64,000 nucleotides of DNA, taken from assembly GCA_032250735.1 (NCBI GenBank), contig JAVVEP010000009.1, forward strand, positions 32,334 through 96,333. The letters run 5' to 3'. A program made the translations under genes and the position numbers. The notes under the pieces were generated by a model. That model saw only the letters and a list, made by a program, of their open reading frames with translations. It did no database searches and had not been told where the DNA came from. The DNA is from Gammaproteobacteria bacterium. Its GTDB lineage: Bacteria; Pseudomonadota; Gammaproteobacteria; SZUA-152. This document shows, one piece after another, positions 33,393 to 42,671 of the stretch (its first letter is position 1; the number at the start of each line of letters is the position of its first letter).

Positions 33393-34883
33393 TCACGCAT
33401 CCACCAAAAGATCGTTCGTAATCGACTCTGCGTAATGCAGCAATGCGTCCAGTATGTGCTGTTGCTTTTGATCCAGATCCGAGGTCTGTTTTAGCAGCGC
33501 AATGCGTTCACGCAATTCAGACAGGCTAAGGCCTGCGCCATGACTATTCATCGTCAGGCGTTGCAGCCTGAATTCATCCCAGCGCCTGTTTTCGTCTTCA
33601 CTGAGAAACTCCGGATAATTGCGCGCCCGATACCGAAACAGCATTTCCGACAGGCGCTGATCCTGAAAGGGCAGATCCAGGCTCGCCAGTTGTTGCGGAA
33701 CGGTCTGACGAACGATCTCCATTCGGTCTCGATCATCATTGGAAAAGAATCCACCGCTGTAAAGCATGAAGTCCGGGTCATCCACGGCCTCGAAACTTCG
33801 GCTCTCCTTATAGACGGCCTGCAGATTTCTGGAAAAATCCGCATGTGCCAACAGCACTGCCAGGTTTTGCTGTGCGCGCGTCACATTGAGTTGCCATTTC
33901 TCGGCCGCCGCAGCGGTTAGGGTAGTGACCGGAACCAGGACCGGACTCTTGTTGATATGCACCGTCTTGACCGGCAGCCTGGCGCAGCCCTCGGGCAATG
34001 CATCCTGTCGGGTAAACAGGCGCTCCGCCATTTCATCCGGACGCAGTGCCAAAAAGGGCTGCGGCGAAACGCTCAGGTCATAGACAATGAGTTCATTTTT
34101 ATTGACAGGGTGTGCCGCCAGCGGGGCGACCAGTGCGATACAGCCGCGCTCCGCAGGATACATGGAGGAAACATGCAGCACCGGCGCCGGCCTGGCGATA
34201 TTGAGCAGTTGGGCGACGCTCTGTTTGGAGCGATGGCGGTAGACATAATCATATAATCTGGGTTGTTTTTCTTTTATCAGCCGCGCCATGGCAATCGTCG
34301 CCTGCACGTCCGACAAGGCATCATGCGCCGCCTCGTGGCTGATGCCATTGATCGCCGTCAGCTGTTCCAGTCGAAAGCTGGTTTTTCCGTCCGCATGGGT
34401 TGGCCACCGTATGCCTTCGGGACGCAGCGCATGGGTCAGTCGCAGCATATCGATAATGTCCCAGCGCGAATTGCCGTTTTGCCATTCACGGGCGTAGGGG
34501 TCGTAAAAATTACGGTACAGGGTGGTGCGGGTCACCTCGTCGTCAAACCGGATATTGTTATAACCCACCACGCAGGTGTTGGGCTGCGAAAACTCGGCAT
34601 GGATCTGACGGATGAACTCGGCCTCGGGAACTCCCTCGGCCAGGGCCTTTTGCGGCGTAATCCCGGTAACCAGGCACGCCTCTGGCGCCGGTAAAAAATC
34701 ATTGGCCGGGCGACAATACAGGCTTAGCGGTTCGCCAATGATATTGAAATCGAGATCGGTACGAATGCCCGCAAACTGTGCCGGCCGATCGCGACGGGGG
34801 TCGACACCAAATGTTTCATAGTCGTGCCAATACAGTGTGGGTCCGGAATATCCGGACTGGCCCTGCCGCTTATGTGTGGCCAC
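33393..34883 (-). CDS. sbcB: Exodeoxyribonuclease I
   Basis: YWHDYETFGVDP DEDDh exonuclease motif I. Typical length for ExoI. Confidence 0.9.
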   Translation of the reverse strand: MATHKRQGQSGYSGPTLYWHDYETFGVDPRRDRPAQFAGIRTDLDFNIIGEPLSLYCRPANDFLPAPEACLVTGITPQKALAEGVPEAEFIRQIHAEFSQPNTCVVGYNNIRFDDEVTRTTLYRNFYDPYAREWQNGNSRWDIIDMLRLTHALRPEGIRWPTHADGKTSFRLEQLTAINGISHEAAHDALSDVQATIAMARLIKEKQPRLYDYVYRHRSKQSVAQLLNIARPAPVLHVSSMYPAERGCIALVAPLAAHPVNKNELIVYDLSVSPQPFLALRPDEMAERLFTRQDALPEGCARLPVKTVHINKSPVLVPVTTLTAAAAEKWQLNVTRAQQNLAVLLAHADFSRNLQAVYKESRSFEAVDDPDFMLYSGGFFSNDDRDRMEIVRQTVPQQLASLDLPFQDQRLSEMLFRYRARNYPEFLSEDENRRWDEFRLQRLTMNSHGAGLSLSELRERIALLKQTSDLDQKQQHILDALLHYAESITNDLLVDA

Positions 34884-34933
34884 AGTCTCTCCCCAGATGC
34901 CTGTCAGGCGCCTAATAGTCTCTTACTAAGAAA

Positions 34934-35047
34934 GCGCATGGAAAGGATACCCTTCAATCAAGACACGCTGAGAATACATCCGTGTACGCTCGACAGCAGC
35001 ATCCTTGCTGCTGACGGTCTTGATTGAAGGGTATCCTTTCCATGTGA
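34934..35047. mobile_element. MITE-like element, copy 1 (~108 bp core with 27-bp perfect terminal inverted repeats CATGGAAAGGATACCCTTCAATCAAGA)
   Basis: Intergenic between sbcB and the PP2C gene. Near-identical copy at 50708-50815 with the internal segment inverted. Confidence 0.7.
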
Positions 35048-35092
35048 CTCAATAAAATAATAAGCCGGTTTTATGAATCCATGCCGCAGAGC

Positions 35093-35827
35093 TTAATCCG
35101 CGGTTGAAACGGTGTCCTCTGCGGGGCCTGCCACCAGCAACACCGTGATGTTATCCGCACCACCATTATCCAGTGACTTCTGAATCAGCAGGTCAGTTTT
35201 CTGCTTTTCATTGAGTTCCAGACCCAGAATTTCGGCAATCTCCGCATCGGAAACCTCACCCGTCAGGCCATCACTGCATAACAGCAACTGTTGTCCCTGA
35301 CACAGCCTTCCCTGCACGCGGCCGACCTGCATGGTCTGCAAATCCGACATGCCGATGGCCTGGGTGATGTAATTGCGCTGCGGATGCACCCGCGCCTCGG
35401 CCAGTGTGATGCTGCCATCATCCACCAGCGCCTGCACCAGGGAATGATCCTTGGTGATCTGGGTCAATGCGGTGCCGTCCCAGAGATAGGCGCGGCTGTC
35501 GCCCACCCAGACGATTTCAAAGTTTTCCTGATCCATTTTCAGGGCGAGTGCGGTAGAGCCCATGCCCGGCTTTCCTTCACCCCGATCCGCCGCCTTGCGT
35601 ACGGCATGGTGCGCCTGTACCAGGGCATCCGCCATCGGCCGCCCCGCACGAATTTCGGCGCACACGCACTCCACCACGATGCGGCTGGCGATCTCCCCGC
35701 CCTCATGGCCACCCATACCATCGGCCAGCACACCAAAGTTATACTCAGTATCGATGCAATAGGCATCTTCATTGTGCTGCCTCACATTACCGACGTGAGT
35801 CAGATGACCGCAATTCCTGAATGCCAT
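35093..35827 (-). CDS. PP2C-family Ser/Thr protein phosphatase
   Basis: HVGNVRQHNEDA, LADGMGGHEGGEIAS metal-binding motifs, DNITVLLV C-terminal motif. Confidence 0.88.
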   Translation of the reverse strand: MAFRNCGHLTHVGNVRQHNEDAYCIDTEYNFGVLADGMGGHEGGEIASRIVVECVCAEIRAGRPMADALVQAHHAVRKAADRGEGKPGMGSTALALKMDQENFEIVWVGDSRAYLWDGTALTQITKDHSLVQALVDDGSITLAEARVHPQRNYITQAIGMSDLQTMQVGRVQGRLCQGQQLLLCSDGLTGEVSDAEIAEILGLELNEKQKTDLLIQKSLDNGGADNITVLLVAGPAEDTVSTAD

Positions 35828-35875
35828 AAATCAATTCATCTCCACCAAAGCTATCGCAAAACGCATCGTAAAAGG

Positions 35876-37966
35876 TCAGGGCCGATCGAACAACCGATAG
35901 GCCTGACTGTCAATAAACACCTCCACTAACAGTGGATCAATCTTGCCGTGCGCGGCCTCATGCTTGAGGAGATCCAGCGCCTTGTCGACACTGAGGCTCC
36001 GTTTGTAGGGCCGATCCCCCGCCGTTAAGGCATCAAAAATATCGGCCACAGTCATCACCCTCGCCGGGATCGGAATCTCGTCCCCCTTCAGGCCCTGCGG
36101 ATAACCGCTGCCATCCAGCTTTTCGTGATGGGCGTGGGCAATATCCGCCACCGCGGCCAGCGATCCCGTCCAGGGAATATGGCTCAGGAAGGAAAAGGTA
36201 TGACTGACGTGTGACTGAATATCCAGCCGCTCATCGGGTGTCAGACTGCCGCGGGCCAGGGTCAACGCCTCAAACTCCGCCGTATTGAGCAAAGCCACAG
36301 CCTCGCCCTGTTCACCGGGAAATACGAAATCGGCGACCGCCTGTAGTTCGCCGTTGACCTGATCATCAATCACCGACGGTTCATTGGCGTGTCTGATGAT
36401 CGCCATGAAACGTTGCAGGCGTCCCGCCTCCAGTTTCAATCGCGCCTCCACCGCGCCCCGGTGCCGCCTGAACTCGGCCGGCGACAGCTCACTGTGCTGA
36501 TAAACCAGTTCGCGATAGGCCTGCCGCTCCAGACTCGCCCGCGCATAACGGAATCTTTCCTGCAAAACGTCCAGCTGCGAATGATACAGCTTTCGGGCCT
36601 TGATCAGCACATGTTCCCGCACCCCCACCTTGCCAAAGTCATGCAGCAGGGCCGCGTAGCGCAGTTCCCGGATTTGCTCCAGGCTAAAGCGGATATCACG
36701 CAGCGCCTGATGCTGGCTACCATCCACCGCCTGCGCCAGGCGCTGGGAATATTCCGCCACCCGAAACGAATGCCCCGCCGTGGCGGGATCGCGTTCCTCA
36801 ATGGCGTGTACCGAGGCCGTTACAAAACCCTCGAACAGCTGTTCAATATCTTCGTAGAGGCCAAAATTCTTGAGCGCGACCGCGACTTGCGCGCCGATGC
36901 CGGTCAGGATCTGCAGGTCTTCCTGGTCAAATGAATGCGTCTGGCGATGGGTGTCGATCTGGATCAAACCGATGACCTCGGCCTCCACCAGCAAGGGCAC
37001 GCACATCACGCTACGCAGCCCCAGCTGCGAGATAGACTCTTGCCCCTTAAAGCGCTGATCATCCATCACATCGGTGGAAAGAATACTGCGCCGCTGTCCG
37101 ACCACCTCGTCAACGATGACCTCGGACAGCACCAGCACCGTGTTCTCCGCGCCGGGCGTGCGGGTCGAGGCGGCCGCCGGATGAAACCCGGCCACCCCCT
37201 CGCCACGCCTGTCGCGCAGCACCACAAAGGCCCGTTCTGCGGTGGGGAAGATGTCAAAAATCACCGCCATGATCCTGGCAAACAGGGCCTCCCGGCTGCT
37301 CTCCGTACCCAGCCCAATACTGACCTGCACCATGGCGCGCAGGCGTCGCAGCAGCTGGCTGTTGCTCTCGGTGGTATCGGTCTGCGCGATATGCAGCTGT
37401 TCCATCACCTCGGAGACATCCAGCACGGCGCTGATCTCCGGTGAGGTCATTTCGGGGGCGCGAAACAGCATCGAGACATCTGCCGCCCTCTCACCGTCTG
37501 CATTGGCGGGAGTGAGGGAGAAATCAAAAAACTCCTCATTGCGCCCGATCTCGGAGGGATAGTCGGAGGAATAACCTGAGGAACGCTCCGAGGAACCCGG
37601 CGCCTGCGCCACGGCAGCGGGACGAAAACGTAGATAGACCCCGCCGACCTGAATATTGCTGCCATCACGCAACACATAGGGGGTACCGGGGGTCAGCCGA
37701 AAGGCATTCAGAAACGTGCCATTGGTCGAGTGCGTATCTTCCAGATAAAACCGACCATTGCTCTGAAATATCCGCGCGTGGTACCGGCTGACCCGGCTAT
37801 CCGACAGGCCGATGCTGTCTTCGGGCAGACTGAAATCCTCGTCATTGCGACCGATGAGGGTTTCCGCCGCCAGCGTGAAATACCGCTGTGCCGGGGCGCC
37901 ACCGCGCACCTCCAGGTAGGCCGATGCCGGTCGTCGGGGTACCGCGTCGGTCATGTGTGTCATCAT
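35876..37966 (-). CDS. FHA-GAF-HD-GYP multidomain protein (putative phosphothreonine-regulated c-di-GMP phosphodiesterase)
   Basis: N-terminal FHA (RVSRYHARI...DTHSTNGTFLN), central GAF, C-terminal HD-GYP (ALLHDFGKV, HHEKLDGSGYPQG). Confidence 0.8.
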   Translation of the reverse strand: MMTHMTDAVPRRPASAYLEVRGGAPAQRYFTLAAETLIGRNDEDFSLPEDSIGLSDSRVSRYHARIFQSNGRFYLEDTHSTNGTFLNAFRLTPGTPYVLRDGSNIQVGGVYLRFRPAAVAQAPGSSERSSGYSSDYPSEIGRNEEFFDFSLTPANADGERAADVSMLFRAPEMTSPEISAVLDVSEVMEQLHIAQTDTTESNSQLLRRLRAMVQVSIGLGTESSREALFARIMAVIFDIFPTAERAFVVLRDRRGEGVAGFHPAAASTRTPGAENTVLVLSEVIVDEVVGQRRSILSTDVMDDQRFKGQESISQLGLRSVMCVPLLVEAEVIGLIQIDTHRQTHSFDQEDLQILTGIGAQVAVALKNFGLYEDIEQLFEGFVTASVHAIEERDPATAGHSFRVAEYSQRLAQAVDGSQHQALRDIRFSLEQIRELRYAALLHDFGKVGVREHVLIKARKLYHSQLDVLQERFRYARASLERQAYRELVYQHSELSPAEFRRHRGAVEARLKLEAGRLQRFMAIIRHANEPSVIDDQVNGELQAVADFVFPGEQGEAVALLNTAEFEALTLARGSLTPDERLDIQSHVSHTFSFLSHIPWTGSLAAVADIAHAHHEKLDGSGYPQGLKGDEIPIPARVMTVADIFDALTAGDRPYKRSLSVDKALDLLKHEAAHGKIDPLLVEVFIDSQAYRLFDRP

Positions 37967-38197
37967 CTGTTGTCACCCTGTTGTCCTGTGGCCAGGCGCG
38001 AGGTCAGTTGACCTTGCGCGGCGTTACTTGTGCGGCGTTCATTGTCGAAGAATAATCGACCCACCGTCGAACGCGTAGCGACGGCCCGATCATCCACCTA
38101 CGGCAACCCTGTAAACTGATGTTTTTCATAATATTAAATCGTTATACTCAATCCGGCCTGCCCGATACAGCCCGCGCCGTTGAATTCAGTGATTTTA

Positions 38198-38382
38198 CTC
38201 AGAGCCTGTGAAAGAACCGTTGGCCGTAGCGAGGGCGTCGATTTTCGAGCGAAACAAGGCGCGCACCATGAAAACAAGGGAGTTTGGTGGACCAAATGAC
38301 CGCCGTTTTCATGGTGCGCAACGCCGTTGCAGCCGAAAAGCGACGTCCGCAGTAGGTCGACGATTTTTTCACAGGCTCTCAG
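38198..38382. repeat. 185-bp nested imperfect inverted repeat in a 537-bp divergent intergenic region
   Basis: Outer 16-bp inverted repeat (CTCAGAGCCTGTGAAA / TTTCACAGGCTCTCAG). Inner perfect 15-bp inverted repeat (GCGCACCATGAAAAC / GTTTTCATGGTGCGC). Central TTTGGTGGACCAAA palindrome. The arms are about 70-75% complementary. Confidence 0.65.
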
Positions 38383-38503
38383 GCATATCAGCCCGATTCG
38401 CGTATACTAAAAACCCTCTCCTGGAGATGGATATTGGCACACTGACTACGTTTATTGTCGCGTCACACACAATTCGATAACACATCGCACAAAAGGCCAT
38501 GCC

Positions 38504-38998
38504 GTGGATAACAACACTTTAAAGGTTCCGAAAAAACTCCGCCCGGTCACCCTCTGGGTTCATCCGGAGGGTCGCGTGATTGGCGCGATCTATCTGCGCA
38601 CGCAAAGCCCGCACCATGCCGGCAGCGAACAGCCACTGGAGGCACTGAATCTGTGTCAGAGTTTTCTGGTCTTTAATCGTGACGAGGCACCCGAGTTGCG
38701 ATTTTATAACATCAAATCGGTGACCCGCGTTGAATATGAGGCCACCGAGGAGGACCAGCAGGCTACCAAAACCAATCCCATGCGTTGCCACTTGCAGTTA
38801 ATGGATGGCGCCTATATCGCCGGCACGATACGCGAATCACTGCCACCGAATCATGCCCGCCTGCTGGACTACCTGAATCGTGCGGATGAAACCTTCATCA
38901 AGATTCATATAGATGACGGACTGATCTACCTCGTCAATAAATCCTACATCAACCATGTCCAGGTCGATCAGCTCGGTGATGACGAGGGAGAGGGCTAG
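38504..38998 (+). CDS. Hypothetical 164-aa protein, first gene of the kinase / PilT-like operon arm
   Basis: Clean ORF 57 nt upstream of the kinase gene. No confident motif. A PilZ-like region (DGAYIAG) is speculative. Confidence 0.45.
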   Translation: MDNNTLKVPKKLRPVTLWVHPEGRVIGAIYLRTQSPHHAGSEQPLEALNLCQSFLVFNRDEAPELRFYNIKSVTRVEYEATEEDQQATKTNPMRCHLQLMDGAYIAGTIRESLPPNHARLLDYLNRADETFIKIHIDDGLIYLVNKSYINHVQVDQLGDDEGEG

Positions 38999-39055
38999 CT
39001 TGCGCCACGCCGTCTTCCCATCGCGCGTGAGCCAGACAGCGCAGACGCTTGCCGG

Positions 39056-41575
39056 GTGTCGGTCCGGCCACGGTTGCCGCGCATGAGCCTGTTATCGGGA
39101 TTTCAGGCCGGTCGGGCAATCAACACCCTGCTCGCCGACGATGCCGGCGCCAGCGCGGAAGGCAAGCGCGCCCTGTACCGGCTCAAGCAGATCGGCGAGC
39201 CGGCCATTCCCCGGCTGATTGAGGCCCTCGGCAGTCCACAAAACACCGCCACCCTGGAGCAGTTGCTGATCGGCTTTGTGCGCAACAGCACCCTGCACGC
39301 CTTTGTCGTCGGCCTGAGCGCGGGCGACCAACGCATCGTGGATGGGGTAACCCGTATCCTCAAGCGCTCGAAGGAGTTCAACCCCAACGACCTACTCCCC
39401 TATTTCAGTCAGCCCATTGGCGAGGCCGAGGTCTCCAAGACGGCCCTGGGCGAGATACTCACCAGCCACGCCGAGCGCATCAACCCCACGACCCTGCTGG
39501 GCCTGCTGGATCACGTCGACAGCAAGGTGCGCCCCATGCTGTATCGATTGCTGGACACCATCGCCACCGAGGCCCTGGTGCCGGACCTCATCCAGCGCCT
39601 CGACAGCCCGCAGACCCTGGTGCGCACCCACCTGCTCAATCTGCTGGCCCGTTTCGATACCGCGGCCAGTCGCGAGGGACTGGTAAAGGGGCTCGGCGAT
39701 AGCAATAAGTCCGTGCGTCAGGCGGCCCTCAATGGGCTGGCCACGCTGCAGGCGACGGAACATGTGGCGGACATCTGCCAGCTATTGAGCGACCCCGACC
39801 TCACGGTGCAGTCGGCCGCCATCGAGACCCTGGCCAAGATTCAGTCGCCGGACACGGTCAAACACCTGATCACGGTGCTGCAGGATGAATCGGAATACGT
39901 GCGCCGCGCCGCGGTGGAGGTACTCAACGAGGTCGGTGACCAGAATGCGGTGAAAGACCTGCTCAACGCGCTGCGTGACGTGGACTGGTGGGTGAAGGTG
40001 CGGGCCGCCGATGCCCTGGGGGCAATCGGCGGACCCAAGGTTTTCGATGCGGTGCTGGCCCTGATCAAGGACAAGGACGAATTTCTGCGCCGCACCGCGG
40101 TGGAGATTCTGAACACCGGCAAAGACCCGCGCGCCCTGGACCGCCTCATCGAGGCCCTGCGCGACGAAGACTGGTGGGTGCGAGAGCGGGCGGTGGACGC
40201 CCTCGCCGCCATTGGTGACGCCCGCGCCGTGCCGCACCTGATCACCATGCTGGAGGAAAATCCCGAGGCCGGCCAGGTGGTAATCCGCGCCCTCGCCACG
40301 CTGGGCGATCGGCAGGCGATCAATCCCCTGCTCCGCCAGCTCGACAAGGCCGACAACACGCTGCGCAAAGAGGCGCTGAAGGCGCTGGAGAGTCTCACCG
40401 ATGACACCTCCGCACAGGCGGTGCAGGAGGCCGTGACCCAGCTCATCCATACCCGGGGCGACGAGGTCGGCAGCGCCGCCGACGAGACGGTGCGCAGTCT
40501 GATTCAGCGTTTTGGCGACCGCGCCAGCCCTGCCTCCCGTGGCGCGTCCGCCGTCGCGCCACCGGTCGCCCGCCCGTCGACGGAGGTGATGGATCTGCCC
40601 ACCCAGGCCTTCGACAGCCGCGCGCCCCAGCCGGACAGCTCGGGGCAAACCCAGTCCATGCCGCTCGATGCCACCAGGGCGACCGACAGTGAAACCACGC
40701 CACTCACCCACTATCTTGACCCCTCGCGACTGGTGCCCAATACGATCCTGGCGGAACGCTATCACGTGATCCGCAAGATTGGCGAGGGCGCCTTTGGCGT
40801 CGTGTGGCTGGTGGAAGACGTGATGGTGGGTGATGAATTCATCCTCAAGTTCCTCAATCCCCAGTTTGCCGCCGACCAGAACATGATCGAGCGTTTCATG
40901 CACGAGCTGCGCTACGCCCGCAAGATCACCCACGAAAACATCATCCGCATCTACGACCTGGTCACCGTGGGCGATTCCTACGCGATTTCCATGGAATACT
41001 TTCCCAGCCACTCGCTGGCGGACGAGCTGCGGGAGCACAAAACACGGCACACCACCTTTGATCTGCCGCGCGGCATCCACGTGATTTCCTGCATCTGCCG
41101 CGGTATGGCCCAGGCCCAGGCCCAGGCGGTGGTGCACCGTGACCTGAAACCCGCCAACATCCTCATCGACGAGAACGACGAGCTGAAGATCGTGGATTTC
41201 GGTCTGGCCGCCGCCGCCCGCAAGGCGGATTCCCGGCTCACCAAGAGCGGCATACTGGTGGGCACCCCGACCTACATGGCGCCCGAACAGGTGCGGGGAC
41301 GCACCATCGATTCGCGTACCGATATCTACACCCTGGGGATCATCATGTATGAAATGTTCGCCGGCCAGGCGCCGTACACCGGCGACGAGTCCATGGCGAT
41401 CCTGTTTCAGCACGTGGAAGGCAAGGCCATCCCGCCCCGTGAGATCAATGCCGACATTCCGCCCGCGCTGGAACAGGTGATCATCAAGGCCATGGCCGTC
41501 GACCCCGAACAGCGTTTTCAAACCTTCGACGCGCTGCGCCTGCAACTGGAAACCATCTGCAAGGATGCATGCTAA
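39056..41575 (+). CDS. Hanks-type Ser/Thr protein kinase with an N-terminal HEAT / PBS-lyase repeat array
   Basis: About 450 aa of HEAT-like repeats (DWWVKVRAADALGAIG, DWWVRERAVDALAAIG). C-terminal kinase: GEGAFGVVW, ILK (VAIK-type), HRDLKPANIL, DFGLAA, GTPTYMAPE. Confidence 0.88.
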   Translation: MSVRPRLPRMSLLSGFQAGRAINTLLADDAGASAEGKRALYRLKQIGEPAIPRLIEALGSPQNTATLEQLLIGFVRNSTLHAFVVGLSAGDQRIVDGVTRILKRSKEFNPNDLLPYFSQPIGEAEVSKTALGEILTSHAERINPTTLLGLLDHVDSKVRPMLYRLLDTIATEALVPDLIQRLDSPQTLVRTHLLNLLARFDTAASREGLVKGLGDSNKSVRQAALNGLATLQATEHVADICQLLSDPDLTVQSAAIETLAKIQSPDTVKHLITVLQDESEYVRRAAVEVLNEVGDQNAVKDLLNALRDVDWWVKVRAADALGAIGGPKVFDAVLALIKDKDEFLRRTAVEILNTGKDPRALDRLIEALRDEDWWVRERAVDALAAIGDARAVPHLITMLEENPEAGQVVIRALATLGDRQAINPLLRQLDKADNTLRKEALKALESLTDDTSAQAVQEAVTQLIHTRGDEVGSAADETVRSLIQRFGDRASPASRGASAVAPPVARPSTEVMDLPTQAFDSRAPQPDSSGQTQSMPLDATRATDSETTPLTHYLDPSRLVPNTILAERYHVIRKIGEGAFGVVWLVEDVMVGDEFILKFLNPQFAADQNMIERFMHELRYARKITHENIIRIYDLVTVGDSYAISMEYFPSHSLADELREHKTRHTTFDLPRGIHVISCICRGMAQAQAQAVVHRDLKPANILIDENDELKIVDFGLAAAARKADSRLTKSGILVGTPTYMAPEQVRGRTIDSRTDIYTLGIIMYEMFAGQAPYTGDESMAILFQHVEGKAIPPREINADIPPALEQVIIKAMAVDPEQRFQTFDALRLQLETICKDAC

Positions 41576-42669
41576 TGGCCAGAATTGACGCCTTTTTGAA
41601 GCTCGGCCGTGAACAGGGTTGCACCGATATCCACTTCGCAGTGGGCATGCCGCCGCTGCTGCGCAGCATGGGCGAGCTGCTGCCCATCAAGTATCGCGAA
41701 CTCTCCGAACAGGAGCTGGCGAGTCTGATCGATGACATCATCGACCCGCAACAGAGGGCGCAGTTCGAGAACGGCAAGGACATCGATTTTGCCTACCAGA
41801 GCCATGAGGTCGGGCGCTTTCGGGTCAGCCTGTTTCGTAAAACCAGCGGCATCGGTGCGGCCTTTCGACTGGTCAACACCGACATCCCCAGTCTGGACGA
41901 TCTGGGCATGCCGCCGGCGGTGGCCAAATTTATTGACACCCATCAGGGCCTGGTGCTGGTCACCGGCGCCACCGGCACCGGCAAGTCCACCACCCTCGCC
42001 TCGATGCTGGACCTGCTAAACCGCACCCGGCGCCTGAACATCATTACCCTGGAAGACCCCATCGAGCACATCCACCACAGCCAGAAATCGCTGGTGGTGC
42101 AACGGGAGATCGGCACCCATGTGAACAGCTTTGCCAACGGTCTGAGAGCGGCGCTGCGCGAGGACCCCGACGTGATCCTGGTCGGCGAGCTACGCGACCC
42201 CGAGACCATCCTGATGGCGATGACCGCCGCCGAGACCGGCCACCTGGTACTGGGGACCCTGCACACCACCTCCGCCACCAAAACCATTGACCGGATTATC
42301 GATGCCACACCGACCGCGCAAAAGGCCCAGGCGAGTAACTTTCTCGCCCAGCACCTGCGCGGCGTGATCAGCCAGAAACTGGTCAAGAGCCCCGACGGGC
42401 GCAGCCGCAAGGCCATCGTCGAGGTGTTTATCAATACCCCCGCGATCGCCAATCTCATCAATACCGGCAAGATCTTCCAGATCCCCTCGATCCTGCAGAC
42501 CGGGCGCGACAAGGGCATGCAGACCATGGATCAGGCCCTGCTGGAGGCGGTGCAGAACAAGACCATCGATCCCGATGAGGCCTATCTGCACGCCACCGAC
42601 AAACAGCAATTCCAGCGCTTCGTGACCAACCCCGAGCTGCTGCCCCAGGTCAACCTGGCGATCAGCTGA
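41569..42669 (+). CDS. PilT/PilU-family type IV pilus retraction ATPase, paralog 1
   Basis: Walker A GATGTGKSTT, Asp box, TIEDPIE, Walker B DVILVGELRD, His box, AIANLI motif. The start overlaps the kinase stop by 7 nt. Confidence 0.85.
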   Translation: MLMARIDAFLKLGREQGCTDIHFAVGMPPLLRSMGELLPIKYRELSEQELASLIDDIIDPQQRAQFENGKDIDFAYQSHEVGRFRVSLFRKTSGIGAAFRLVNTDIPSLDDLGMPPAVAKFIDTHQGLVLVTGATGTGKSTTLASMLDLLNRTRRLNIITLEDPIEHIHHSQKSLVVQREIGTHVNSFANGLRAALREDPDVILVGELRDPETILMAMTAAETGHLVLGTLHTTSATKTIDRIIDATPTAQKAQASNFLAQHLRGVISQKLVKSPDGRSRKAIVEVFINTPAIANLINTGKIFQIPSILQTGRDKGMQTMDQALLEAVQNKTIDPDEAYLHATDKQQFQRFVTNPELLPQVNLAIS

Positions 42670-42671
42670 GC

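Noticed and set aside
38208-38480. 90-aa ORF inside the divergent intergenic region
   Set aside because: It is entirely contained in the nested inverted-repeat element and is rich in Arg/Ala from GC bias. It is more likely structural DNA/RNA than a protein.
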